Source of the DNA: Actinomycetota bacterium
Lineage (GTDB): Bacteria > Actinomycetota > Actinomycetes > Nanopelagicales > Nanopelagicaceae
Assembly (NCBI GenBank): GCA_016870455.1
Contig: VGBN01000001.1
Span: forward strand, 5,344 to 69,343
Direction of reading: 5' to 3'
Length of the DNA: 64,000 bases
A program made the translations under genes and the position numbers. The notes under the pieces are model-generated. The model ran no database searches. It was not told the origin of the DNA and saw nothing but the letters and a program-made list of their open reading frames with translations. Of the stretch, positions 1 through 9,685 are shown piece after piece; position 1 is the stretch's first letter, and each line of letters begins with the position of its first letter.

Positions 1-536
1 AAAACCGCAGTATTACCCCCTGCCATTACTGGAGCAAGCGTTCTGACTGCACCAAGGAGAGATGGTTTTGACTCTGCAAAAATTGCAACCACTCCAAGTG
101 GCTCTGGGGTTGTAAAGTTATAAAACGGACCAGCAACTTGATTTTGAGAGCCAGCATAAGTAGATAACTTGTCACACCAACCTGAATACCAAACCCAAGT
201 ATCAATTGCCTCTTCTATTTGAAGCTTTGCAACCTTGTTTGTAACTCCTTCTAGCGCAACTATCTCCTCTGTAAACTGATCAGCTCTACCCTGCATCATC
301 TCTGCAATTCGGTAGAGAATTTGACCTCGATTAAAGGCGGTGGCACTAGCCCAACCTGCTTGAGCTGATTTGGCCGCAACAACAGCATCTCTAAGATCTT
401 TTCTTGATGCAAGTGCTGGATTTGCAAGGAATTTTTTATTGGCTGCTTTCACCTCATAGACACGGCCCGACTCACTTCTTGGGAAAGTGCCCCCAATAAA
501 GAGTTTGTAAGTTTTGTTTACATCGATGCGACTCAT
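1..536 (-). CDS. Aldehyde dehydrogenase-family protein, short partner subunit; runs off the window edge
   Basis: Read manually: ATG at 536 overlaps the upstream stop (ATGA); translates MSRIDVNKTYKLFIGGTFPRSESGR...WASATAFNRGQILYRIAE...PEPLGVVAIF, an ALDH N-terminal fold. Confidence 0.85.
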   Translation of the reverse strand, partial: MSRIDVNKTYKLFIGGTFPRSESGRVYEVKAANKKFLANPALASRKDLRDAVVAAKSAQAGWASATAFNRGQILYRIAEMMQGRADQFTEEIVALEGVTNKVAKLQIEEAIDTWVWYSGWCDKLSTYAGSQNQVAGPFYNFTTPEPLGVVAIFAESKPSLLGAVRTLAPVMAGGNTAV

Positions 537-1987
537 TTGCTCGCCTTTGCCTCACTACTTAGGTATCCGGCCAATCCATGGCGACCACCTTCACGGCCCC
601 AACCTGACTCTTTATAGCCACCAAATGGGCTGGCAGGATCAAACTTGTTAAAGGTATTACTCCAAATCACACCTGCTTTTAACTGCTTAGCTGCCCAAAG
701 AATTTTTGCACCCTTATCACTCCAAACTCCCGCAGATAATCCATACATAGTGTTGTTAGCTTTTTCAATCGCCTCACCTGGAGTTCTAAAGGTTAGAACT
801 GATAAAACTGGACCAAATATCTCTTCTCTAGCTATGCGATGAGATTGTGACACCCCAGTAAAAATAGTTGGCGGATACCAATACCCTTTCGCAGGAAGCT
901 TTACCTCTGGTGACCATCTGTTTGCACCTTCTGCATCACCAGAGTTTGAGATCTCACGAATCTTAGTTAACTGCTCTTTAGAGTTTATGGCACCTAGATC
1001 TGTGTTCTTATCCATGGGATCGCCAACTCGAATCAAGCTCATTCGTTTCTTTAATTTTTCTAGAAGTTCATCCGCCACACTTTCTTGGACTACTAGACGA
1101 GAACCTGCGCAACAGACATGTCCTTGATTAAAGAAAATTCCATTGACAATACCCTCTACCGCCTCATCAATCGCAGCATCTTCAAATACTAAGTTTGCAG
1201 CTTTACCACCCAACTCTAGAGTGGCAGTTTTCTTAGTGGCAGAAATGGATCTAGCTATAGCTTTACCAACATCGGTAGACCCAGTAAACGCAATCTTGTT
1301 TATATCAGGGTGATTAACCAGCGCTGCGCCAGTGACGCCATCTCCGGTAATAATATTTACAACACCATCTGGTAATCCTGCTTGCTGGCAGACCTGTGCA
1401 AATAGCAACGCGGTAAGAGGTGTGGTCTCGGCAGGCTTTAAAACCACAGTGTTACCAGTAGCCAGAGCAGGTGCAATTTTCCAAGCAAGCATTAAAAGAG
1501 GAAAATTCCAAGGAATTATCTGGCCAACTACACCAAGTGGCTTTGGTTTACTTCCAAATCCGGCATACTCCAATTTGTCTGCCCAACCTGCATGGTAAAA
1601 AAAGTGAGCGGCTGCTAATGGGATATCGGTGTCGCGGGATTCCCTGATTGGCTTTCCGTTATCTAAGGTTTCAACTACAGCAAACTCCCGTGCTCGCTCT
1701 TGCAGTATTCGAGCAATACGGTAGAGGTACTTACCTCTTTCTTTAGCTGGAAGCTTTGACCAAACTTTATTAAAAGCCAACCTAGCGCTTTTGACCGCTA
1801 AATCAATATCTGATTTGTCGGCATAACCAACCTTGGCGAGTAACTCCTCTGATGCCGGATTGATGGTATTAAAACTTTTGCCTTGTTTTGGTTCGACAAA
1901 TTTGCCGCCAATAAATAAACCGTAATTTGTGGCTATATTTGCAATCGCTTTTGATTCAGGTGCATTTGCGTATTCAAATTTACTCAC
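533..1987 (-). CDS. NAD-dependent aldehyde dehydrogenase (likely acetaldehyde from DeoC)
   Basis: IIPWNFP, FTGST, ELGGK, catalytic Cys in GHVCCAGSR, EEIFGP; GTG at 1987 preceded by AGGAG. Confidence 0.92.
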   Translation of the reverse strand: MSKFEYANAPESKAIANIATNYGLFIGGKFVEPKQGKSFNTINPASEELLAKVGYADKSDIDLAVKSARLAFNKVWSKLPAKERGKYLYRIARILQERAREFAVVETLDNGKPIRESRDTDIPLAAAHFFYHAGWADKLEYAGFGSKPKPLGVVGQIIPWNFPLLMLAWKIAPALATGNTVVLKPAETTPLTALLFAQVCQQAGLPDGVVNIITGDGVTGAALVNHPDINKIAFTGSTDVGKAIARSISATKKTATLELGGKAANLVFEDAAIDEAVEGIVNGIFFNQGHVCCAGSRLVVQESVADELLEKLKKRMSLIRVGDPMDKNTDLGAINSKEQLTKIREISNSGDAEGANRWSPEVKLPAKGYWYPPTIFTGVSQSHRIAREEIFGPVLSVLTFRTPGEAIEKANNTMYGLSAGVWSDKGAKILWAAKQLKAGVIWSNTFNKFDPASPFGGYKESGWGREGGRHGLAGYLSSEAKASK

Positions 1988-1994
1988 AAGGCTC

Positions 1995-2930
1995 CTAATC
2001 AATCGTTACGTAATTGGCACTAGCGTAGTGCCCCGTACGTAGCTTCATCCGCTGCATAAGTAAGTCATTTAATAAGGCGCTGGCACCAATTCTGAATAGA
2101 TCTGGGGTTAACCATTGATCACCCGCTGTTTCATTGACCAGTACTAACTGTTTGATTGCATCTTTAGTGGTTCGAATTCCTCCAGCTGGTTTAACGCCGA
2201 TCTTTTTTCCAGTCATTGTGAAGTAATCTCGAACAGCCTCTAACATCACTAGCACCACAGGTGCGGTGGCTGCTGGTGCAACCTTACCGGTGCTGGTTTT
2301 AATAAAATCTGCTCCTGCCAGCATTGCTAGAAATGATGCTTTTCTAACATTGTCGTAGGTAACTAACTCACCAGTTTCTAGAATTACTTTAAGATGGGCT
2401 TTATCGCCACAAATATGCTTAATAATCTGAATCTCTTCAAATACTTGAATAAGTTTGCCAGATAAAAATGCACCTCGATCAATCACCATATCAATCTCAT
2501 TTGCACCTGCATCTACCGCATTTTGGGTATCAAGTTTTTTAACTTCAATTGATGCTCTACCTGATGGAAATGCGGTTGCAACCGCTGCGACCGGAATTGA
2601 TTTGCCGCCAATTAAATCTAGTTCAGCACGGGCAGTTTTTACCATGTCGTTATAAACACAGATTGCACCCACTGATGGAACGGTTAAATCAGTTGGATCG
2701 GGCCTGACGGCTTTGGCGCAAAGTGATTTAACCTTGCCAGGGGTGTCTGCTCCTTCTAGCGTTGTTAGATCTACCATGCTAATTGCCATATCAATCGCCC
2801 AAGCTTTACTGGATGTTTTAATACTTCTAGTTGCCAGCATCGCAGCACGTGCGTCAGCACCTACTTGATCCACTGGTGGTAAATCAGATAAGAATTTACG
2901 GAGTGAGGCTTGGCTTCCGTCGAACATCAT
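1995..2930 (-). CDS. deoC: Deoxyribose-phosphate aldolase
   Basis: DLTTLEG, EIDMVI, LKVILETGEL, FIKTSTGK, GVKPAGGIR motifs. Confidence 0.95.
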   Translation of the reverse strand: MMFDGSQASLRKFLSDLPPVDQVGADARAAMLATRSIKTSSKAWAIDMAISMVDLTTLEGADTPGKVKSLCAKAVRPDPTDLTVPSVGAICVYNDMVKTARAELDLIGGKSIPVAAVATAFPSGRASIEVKKLDTQNAVDAGANEIDMVIDRGAFLSGKLIQVFEEIQIIKHICGDKAHLKVILETGELVTYDNVRKASFLAMLAGADFIKTSTGKVAPAATAPVVLVMLEAVRDYFTMTGKKIGVKPAGGIRTTKDAIKQLVLVNETAGDQWLTPDLFRIGASALLNDLLMQRMKLRTGHYASANYVTID

Positions 2931-4540
2931 GAGAGCACTTTAGTCAATGCCTGCTTTATTTGCGAGATTGAGTTCTCTGCCTCATCTTTACTTGCTGAAA
3001 TCACCTCTATGTAACATTTTAGTTTCGGCTCAGTTCCACTTGGTCTAATAATTACTCTTATCCCGCTTTCATAATTCAATCTAATCCCATCTGTAGGCAT
3101 AACTTTTGATTCATTCAACCTCTCAAAAGATACGAGTTGATTATTAATAAGCTTTTGCGGAGGAGTAGCACTGACTTTTTCAAGCAAACTATCTATATCG
3201 TTGAGGTTAGTAAATCGAATAGAAATCTGATCGGTTTTATGAAAACCGTATTCATTCCCGACTTTTTCTAGATAATCAAATACAGATTGACCTTTTGCTT
3301 TCAATTCACCCAGTATTTTTACCAGCATTAGAGCAGCACTGATTCCATCTTTATCATTTACATTTTTTTGATCGACGCAATATCCCAGCGCCTCTTCATA
3401 TCCAAATACTAGATTCTCAGTCTTGGATATCCATTTAAATCCTGTCAAGGTTTCTTTAAATCGCAAATTGTATTTGCTTGCAATTTTCCCAAGTAGCGAG
3501 GAAGAAACTAGTGAGTTAGCGATCGAGGCCTTTGGTTGCAAATTTTGCTCAATCAAATATGAACCAAGCAAAATCCCAACATCATCACCTCGCAACACCT
3601 GCCAATTACCAGCGGAGTCGGGCACCGCCATCGCACATCGATCAGCATCTGGGTCATTTGCAATAACTACATCAGCATTTTGTGACTTTGCATATGAAAG
3701 TGCCATATCCATTGATCCTGACTCCTCAGGGTTTGGAAATGGTGTGGTTGGAAAATTTGGATCTGGTTTAAACTGTTCAGTTACAAGTATTGGTTCAGCA
3801 AACTTAGCTCTCTTGAATACTTTGATTAAAGTCTCTCCGCCAACCCCATGCAAGGGGGTGTATACCACCTTTAAATTATTTGGCGCAGCAGCTAGTGCCG
3901 CCACCGTGGAAATGTACTCTTCCACCACTGATTCACTGACAGTTTCAAAATTGTTACTACGACTTGGATTTTTAACTGCTTGCGAAATCAAATCAGATAT
4001 TTCAAAATCAACCGGCGGAATAATTTGGGAGCCGTAGTAATTTACCCCGCCAACAACTCCTCCCAGATAAACTTTGTAACCATTGTCAGTTGCTGGGTTA
4101 TGGCTAGCAGTTACCATTATTCCCACATCAGCTTTAAGTTTGTTTATTGCAAAAGCTAAAACTGGGGTAGGAAGTGGCCTTGGTAGCAGATAGGTTTTAA
4201 TTCCTGCCCCAGCGAAAATCTCAGCACTATCTAATGAAAATTGATCTGAGCCATGTCTGGCATCTCGCCCAATTACAACTGAGGTTAATTGATTTTTCTT
4301 CATAAATTCAACAATTCCTGACGCGGTGCGGCTAACTACAGCGCGATTCATACAGGATGGTCCAGGTCCGATAGGACCTCGAAGCCCTGCTGTACCAAAT
4401 TTTAGAAAACCTGAGAAACATCGCTCTAATTCTTTAGAGTTGTTTTCCTTTAGCCAATCACTTAATTGTCTAGCAGTTTCTTTATCAGGATCGTTGTTAA
4501 TCCATTCTTGAACTTCAAACCTTAATTGATCTGAGATCAC
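2927..4540 (-). CDS. Phospho-sugar mutase (probable phosphopentomutase given operon context)
   Basis: FGTAGLRG, TASHNP, DPDADR, GYEEA, RPSGTEPKLKCY motifs; lies between punA and deoC. Confidence 0.88.
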   Translation of the reverse strand: MISDQLRFEVQEWINNDPDKETARQLSDWLKENNSKELERCFSGFLKFGTAGLRGPIGPGPSCMNRAVVSRTASGIVEFMKKNQLTSVVIGRDARHGSDQFSLDSAEIFAGAGIKTYLLPRPLPTPVLAFAINKLKADVGIMVTASHNPATDNGYKVYLGGVVGGVNYYGSQIIPPVDFEISDLISQAVKNPSRSNNFETVSESVVEEYISTVAALAAAPNNLKVVYTPLHGVGGETLIKVFKRAKFAEPILVTEQFKPDPNFPTTPFPNPEESGSMDMALSYAKSQNADVVIANDPDADRCAMAVPDSAGNWQVLRGDDVGILLGSYLIEQNLQPKASIANSLVSSSLLGKIASKYNLRFKETLTGFKWISKTENLVFGYEEALGYCVDQKNVNDKDGISAALMLVKILGELKAKGQSVFDYLEKVGNEYGFHKTDQISIRFTNLNDIDSLLEKVSATPPQKLINNQLVSFERLNESKVMPTDGIRLNYESGIRVIIRPSGTEPKLKCYIEVISASKDEAENSISQIKQALTKVLS

Positions 4541-5346
4541 AACTTAGGTAAAACCTTTGCGAGAAGTTTTCCCATTCGATCTGCAGCAGCTTTACCCGCA
4601 GCAATTACCTCAGCATGGTTTAACTTTTCACCAGTTACTCCTGCGGCAGCATTAGTTACTAATGAAATAGCAAGTATCTGTGCGCCTAATGCATGTGCTG
4701 CTATTGCCTCCGGAACTGTGGACATACCAACCAGATCAGCACCCATAGTCCGCATCATTCGGATCTCTGCCGGGGTTTCATAAGAAGGCCCTCGCCAATG
4801 AACGTATACACCCTCTGCAAGAGATGGATCCTCTTCCTTAACTATTTGCCGCAATCTCTTGCTATACAAATCAGTTAAATCTACAAAGTCAGCTCCAATC
4901 AAAGGTGATGCTGCAGTTAATGAGATGTGATCTTTAATCAATACAGGTTGACCAACTTTGTAATCAGTATTTATTCCACCACAAGCATTTGTAAGAACAA
5001 TATTTTTGCACCCAGATTTCACAGCTGTCCTAACAGCATGGGCTACTGGCTCCATTCCCAACCCCTCATAAAAGTGAGTTCGGCCTAAAAAGACCAAGGC
5101 ATTAGATCCATTTGATAATTTGTAAGAACGTAATTTTCCGCCATGCCCTGCAACTGTTGGCGCTGGAAATCCCGGTAACTTTGTTACAGCAAACTCATGA
5201 GTTGGCTCACCAAGTGCCTCGGCAGCTGAGATCCAGCCTGAACCCATTACAAGTGCTACATCATGTTTTCCTTTACCAGTGATTTTTGCAATCGCCTTGG
5301 CAGCTTTTTCGGCGGTGCCGATTGGATCTTTGTATAACTTGCTCAC
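4537..5346 (-). CDS. punA: Purine-nucleoside phosphorylase (trimeric family)
   Basis: GRTHFYEG, GPSYETPAE, VGMSTVPE, SLVTN motifs. Confidence 0.93.
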   Translation of the reverse strand: MSKLYKDPIGTAEKAAKAIAKITGKGKHDVALVMGSGWISAAEALGEPTHEFAVTKLPGFPAPTVAGHGGKLRSYKLSNGSNALVFLGRTHFYEGLGMEPVAHAVRTAVKSGCKNIVLTNACGGINTDYKVGQPVLIKDHISLTAASPLIGADFVDLTDLYSKRLRQIVKEEDPSLAEGVYVHWRGPSYETPAEIRMMRTMGADLVGMSTVPEAIAAHALGAQILAISLVTNAAAGVTGEKLNHAEVIAAGKAAADRMGKLLAKVLPKL

Positions 5347-5368
5347 CAGGCAAACTTATCCTAAATAA

Positions 5369-5968
5369 TTAATTATGTTTAAGTTCAGACCAACGGTACC
5401 CAAGGGAGATAATCATTTTGCGCAGCAAGGGCAGTGATAAGCCAATAATCCCGCTAGGGTCACCCTCTATTTTTGTAATAAATGGTGCGCTTAATCCATC
5501 AAGAGTAAAACCACCTGCAACATTAAGTGGCTCCCCAGAATCTACATAATTTTCGATTTCTTCATCGGTCATTTGTGCAAATTGAACTTTAGCTGTCGAA
5601 CGTTCGCTTAATTCAATCCCTTGTTTCAAATCGATAATGCAGTGTCCAGTATGCAGGTATCCTGCTTTTCCACTTAATTGCTTGCACCTTTCAACCGCAT
5701 TTGCTCTGGTAATTGGTTTACCCAGCGATTTCCCCTCAAATTCAAATGTTGAGTCACACCCTAATATCAAAGAATTTGCTGGAGCTTTTTCCTTAACTGT
5801 GTGTGCTTTTAGTATTGCTAGTGCAATTACCAGCTCTGCTGGGGATAAACTTTCAAGTTCTGAGGATTCTTCATCAACACCACTAACTAAAATACCTGGT
5901 GTAATTCCCACACTTTCTAATAGACGCAACCTAGAAGGTGAGGCAGAGGCAAGAATAATTTGAACCAT
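5369..5968 (-). CDS. maf: Maf family nucleotide pyrophosphatase
   Basis: IILASASPSR N-terminal motif (start moved to ATG 5968), GCDS, GKP, AGGF. Confidence 0.92.
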   Translation of the reverse strand: MVQIILASASPSRLRLLESVGITPGILVSGVDEESSELESLSPAELVIALAILKAHTVKEKAPANSLILGCDSTFEFEGKSLGKPITRANAVERCKQLSGKAGYLHTGHCIIDLKQGIELSERSTAKVQFAQMTDEEIENYVDSGEPLNVAGGFTLDGLSAPFITKIEGDPSGIIGLSLPLLRKMIISLGYRWSELKHN

Positions 5969-5988
5969 TATGCAGGTAACCTTAATAC

Positions 5989-6810
5989 ATGAGGCCGCCA
6001 TCTATTGGATTAATCACGCAAGAGTGTGGTCAATCTATCTATCAAAATGAAGCACTTAAATTGGGAATCCACATTGAATCAGAAAATAAAAGTTTGCCAG
6101 CCGAGCAGCTGATTGCTTTTGCAAAAAATCTAGATTTTGTCTATGTAGATCCCCAAATCATTGCTCTTGCTGCAATAAAAAGCGCCGAGATGGCTGGAGT
6201 AAAGGTTTACCCAAACTCAAAAACGCTAGAGAAGATTAATCAAATTACCTTGCATCCAAAGAGTAAGGAGCACCTTTCAATTTTGGTTGCAAGATCAGCA
6301 CATGCTCAAGCGGTGACATGGCCGATAACCTTACATACTGGCGATATAACAATCACACCATTACCAGGAATTACAGATGAAATTGCGCAAGAAATTCAGG
6401 TGTTGGCTTTAAAGCTAGCTGAAGAGGTCGGCTTAATAGGTGGCTTTGAAATCTATGTCGATGCCACCAACTACAAGAAACTTATTGGGATTAACTGGCT
6501 GACTCCGATTGCTGGATATTGGAGTCAAATTGGATGCGTAACTAATTTTTATGAACAAACTCTTCGTGCAGTATTAGATCTACCACTTGGAAATATTGAG
6601 ATGCTATCAAGACATGTAGTTACCGGTCAGCTAGAAACTGATCCCGGTAGTGATAACTATCGGCCATATCTTCACCTTATGGCACGAAATCCTAAACTTA
6701 AATTTGATCAAACAATTATGCAGGTTGGAATTGTTGGAGAAGAGTTAGAGGAGTTGCTTACTGAGATTATCCATGCTCAGCAGTATTACAGCGGGAAAAT
6801 TATTGAATAA
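5989..6810 (+). CDS. Degenerate PurK-like (ATP-grasp-derived) protein
   Basis: PurK-like segments (WSQIGCVTNFYEQTLRAVLDLPLG; YLHLMARNP), but only 273 aa and lacking the GGGQL and GYDG motifs. Confidence 0.7.
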   Translation: MRPPSIGLITQECGQSIYQNEALKLGIHIESENKSLPAEQLIAFAKNLDFVYVDPQIIALAAIKSAEMAGVKVYPNSKTLEKINQITLHPKSKEHLSILVARSAHAQAVTWPITLHTGDITITPLPGITDEIAQEIQVLALKLAEEVGLIGGFEIYVDATNYKKLIGINWLTPIAGYWSQIGCVTNFYEQTLRAVLDLPLGNIEMLSRHVVTGQLETDPGSDNYRPYLHLMARNPKLKFDQTIMQVGIVGEELEELLTEIIHAQQYYSGKIIE

Positions 6811-7203
6811 TTAACTTTTTTTGTTGTATTCAATTGCAGGGCAACGATTCATTACTGTGATCAAACCAGATGCATCCGCTCTTGAGATTGCTGCATGATC
6901 AATTACATCTAGTTGTAACCAAACCCCTTTAGCTTTGATTTTAATTGCCTCATCTACTACAGCTCCAGCAAGCTCAGAGTTTACAAAGACATCAACCACA
7001 TCAACAGGAAATGGAATTTCTGACAGATTTGCATATCCTTTTTGACCATGAACACTCTCTGCTTTTGGATGAACTGGAATTACTTGATGACCTTTTTCGA
7101 TGAGCAATTTTGAGACTCGATATGCTGCACGCTCAGAATTGTTACTCAAACCCACCACTGCCCAAGTTTTTAAGGCTAGTAGCTGATCTATTGAGTTACT
7201 CAC
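6811..7203 (-). CDS. CoA-binding protein (YccU-like)
   Basis: WAVVGLS..RAAYRV, VIPVHP, VDVVDVF, VWLQL, MNRCP. Confidence 0.9.
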   Translation of the reverse strand: MSNSIDQLLALKTWAVVGLSNNSERAAYRVSKLLIEKGHQVIPVHPKAESVHGQKGYANLSEIPFPVDVVDVFVNSELAGAVVDEAIKIKAKGVWLQLDVIDHAAISRADASGLITVMNRCPAIEYNKKS

Positions 7204-8512
7204 CAGTGGTTCTACCTAAGGCTCTAAATTTCCAGCCAGCAGATCGCCAAAGGTCTCGATCTAATGCATTTCTGCCATCAATCATAATTGCAGTTTTTAC
7301 CACTTTTTTAACCTGTTTAGGATCGATATCACGATAAATCTTCCATTCAGTTAGATGCAAAACAATCTCAGAATCCATCAAAGTCGAATTGATATCTTGT
7401 GAAAAATTCAACCCAGGAAAACGCTTTTGAGCATTAGAAATCGCTTTAGGATCATGAACAGTTACATGTGCTCCAGCTGCTTGAATCTGTGCTGAAATAT
7501 CCAAAGCTGGAGAGTCACGAACATCATCGCTATCAGGCTTAAATGCTGCCCCAAGAACTGCGACTTTCTTGCCAACTAGGTCATCTGAAAGATCTTTGCG
7601 CACTAACTCAATAATTCTCTGACGAGCGCGTAGATTGATAGCATCAATCTCTTTTAAGAACTCAACTGCTTGGCTGGCGCCAAGCTCTTCAGCTCGAGCC
7701 ATAAATGCTCGAATATCTTTTGGCAAACACCCTCCACCAAAACCAATTCCAGCTTGTAAGAACCTGTTTCCAATTCGTGGGTCATAACCGATTGCCTTTG
7801 CTAAAACAGTCACATCGCCACCAGAAGCTTCACAAACTTCAGCCATTGCATTGATAAAAGAAATCTTGGTTGCCAAAAATGAGTTAGCAGCAACCTTTAC
7901 CAACTCTGCAGTTGGCAGATCTGCCCTAACCCAAGGCGTATTCTCTTTGAGATTAGTCGCATACACCTCTTTGAGTATTTTCTCGGCAGAGTCATTTACC
8001 ACACCAACCACTAAACGATTTGGCCTTAAAGTGTCTTCAACGGCAAATCCCTCGCGAAGAAATTCAGGATTCCAGGCTAGATCTGCTTTTGGATTTAACT
8101 CAAGCAATCTGTTTCGTAATTTTGTAGCGGTACCGACTGGAACCGTTGATTTACCAACAACTAACCCACCTGGTTTTACATGTTTTGCAATTGATTCCAG
8201 TGCAGAATTTACATAAATGAGGTCTGCAGCATTGCCATTCTTAATCTGAGGTGTACCTACGCAGATAAAGTGAACATCTGCATCTGCTAGATCTTCAACT
8301 TTATTAGTAAATGTTAAGCGCTTGGATTTTAGCTGGGCGATAAGAAGCTCCTCTAAATCTGGTTCGTAAAAAGGAACCTTTCCTTGACTTAACAGAGCAA
8401 CTTTTTCAGGTTCAGTATCAAATCCGATTACATTAAAACCCAAACTTGCCATACATGCAGCGTGGGTAGCGCCTAAATAGCCAGTGCCAATTACTGATAG
8501 TTTTAATGCCAT
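7196..8512 (-). CDS. ugd: UDP-glucose 6-dehydrogenase
   Basis: GTGYLG, KSTVPVGT, NPEFLREG, GFGGGCLPKD, FKPDSDDVRDSP. Confidence 0.95.
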   Translation of the reverse strand: MALKLSVIGTGYLGATHAACMASLGFNVIGFDTEPEKVALLSQGKVPFYEPDLEELLIAQLKSKRLTFTNKVEDLADADVHFICVGTPQIKNGNAADLIYVNSALESIAKHVKPGGLVVGKSTVPVGTATKLRNRLLELNPKADLAWNPEFLREGFAVEDTLRPNRLVVGVVNDSAEKILKEVYATNLKENTPWVRADLPTAELVKVAANSFLATKISFINAMAEVCEASGGDVTVLAKAIGYDPRIGNRFLQAGIGFGGGCLPKDIRAFMARAEELGASQAVEFLKEIDAINLRARQRIIELVRKDLSDDLVGKKVAVLGAAFKPDSDDVRDSPALDISAQIQAAGAHVTVHDPKAISNAQKRFPGLNFSQDINSTLMDSEIVLHLTEWKIYRDIDPKQVKKVVKTAIMIDGRNALDRDLWRSAGWKFRALGRTTGE

Positions 8513-8540
8513 AGCTAGAGCCTATCTTTAAGTAAGTTAA

Positions 8541-9641
8541 TTATCGGCAGATATTATCTGCTGCAGTTCGAGTTTTAAACTTATCGATAATTTCAACTTC
8601 TGCAGCCTCAGTTGCTGATGGTGAAGGTGATGGAATTACCTCATCGATTACCGCCCTGTCCTCACGAAGGCGATCCCACAACTCTGGGGCCAAAATTGGA
8701 TCCCATAAGACAGATGCTGTTACACCATTTGCATAGTAATTTAAATTCGAAAGAGGCACCGTAAGAGTTCTAACATTTGAGGTGGCTAGTGACTTCATTT
8801 GCTTGGCCAGGGTAATTAGATCTGAATTCTTTAATCCTTCATCTGTTGTTACCGCAGAAAGAGATGAATTTATGAAATTAGTCATGGTGACAGGATTTAG
8901 CAATACACCAGCACTTGTGGCTTTCTTTAGAACCGAGGACATAAAAGCCTGTTGACGTTGCATTCTTCCAATATCACCTAATCCATCAAACTCCCGAGTT
9001 CGAACATATTTAAGTGCTTCAATGCCATTCAAAGTGTGAACACCCGCTGGTAAAACTAGGTGACTCTTTGGGTCATCAATATCTTTCTTGGTACAAACCT
9101 CAATTCCACCTAAGGAATCAACCACTCGTGCAAAGCCTGCAAAATTTACTTCAATGTAATGGTCAATCTTTAACTGAGTCATTTCCTCTAATGTTTGAAT
9201 CAGCAGTGGTGCACCACCCCAATTAAATGCTGAATTAATTTTTGAATATGATGCAGGAATTTTTTTCCCTGATTTGTTTAAGTGTTCAGGTATCAGTGCA
9301 TATGAGTCTCTTGGGATTGAGACTAAAACTGCTTTATCACGCGCTTTAGAGATATGTACGAGCAACATAGTGTCAGATCGTTTTCCAGCAGCTGTTGCCA
9401 CCGATCCAACTCGAAGTGCTTTCAACTCAGCCTTTGATAATCCTTCCCGGGTATCTGAGCCAACCAGTAAATAATTAATCGCAGAGGAAACTCGCTCTGG
9501 CCGCTTATCAATCCCAGCAAATGCATCAATCTTGGTTATGGAGGCAGATACAGTGCCAAAAGCCAAAGCACTTACTGCAGATATCGCCAATGTAGCGATC
9601 GAAATACCAGTAAAGATCCTGACACTTCGAGTGGATTTCAT
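8541..9641 (-). CDS. LytR-CpsA-Psr (LCP) family glycopolymer transferase
   Basis: N-terminal TM segment; LLVGSDTR, RSDTMLL, SIPRD, KINSAF, GDIGRMQRQQ. Confidence 0.93.
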   Translation of the reverse strand: MKSTRSVRIFTGISIATLAISAVSALAFGTVSASITKIDAFAGIDKRPERVSSAINYLLVGSDTREGLSKAELKALRVGSVATAAGKRSDTMLLVHISKARDKAVLVSIPRDSYALIPEHLNKSGKKIPASYSKINSAFNWGGAPLLIQTLEEMTQLKIDHYIEVNFAGFARVVDSLGGIEVCTKKDIDDPKSHLVLPAGVHTLNGIEALKYVRTREFDGLGDIGRMQRQQAFMSSVLKKATSAGVLLNPVTMTNFINSSLSAVTTDEGLKNSDLITLAKQMKSLATSNVRTLTVPLSNLNYYANGVTASVLWDPILAPELWDRLREDRAVIDEVIPSPSPSATEAAEVEIIDKFKTRTAADNICR

Positions 9642-9685
9642 ATTCTTATCCTAGATTATGGGCAGGGAAATACTGGGTTTAATTA

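Noticed and set aside
3423-4037. Long antisense ORFs (for example 3423-4037, 7851-8216, 22616-23023, 47446-47856)
   Set aside because: Shadow frames of well-conserved genes on the opposite strand, with no motifs or initiation signals.
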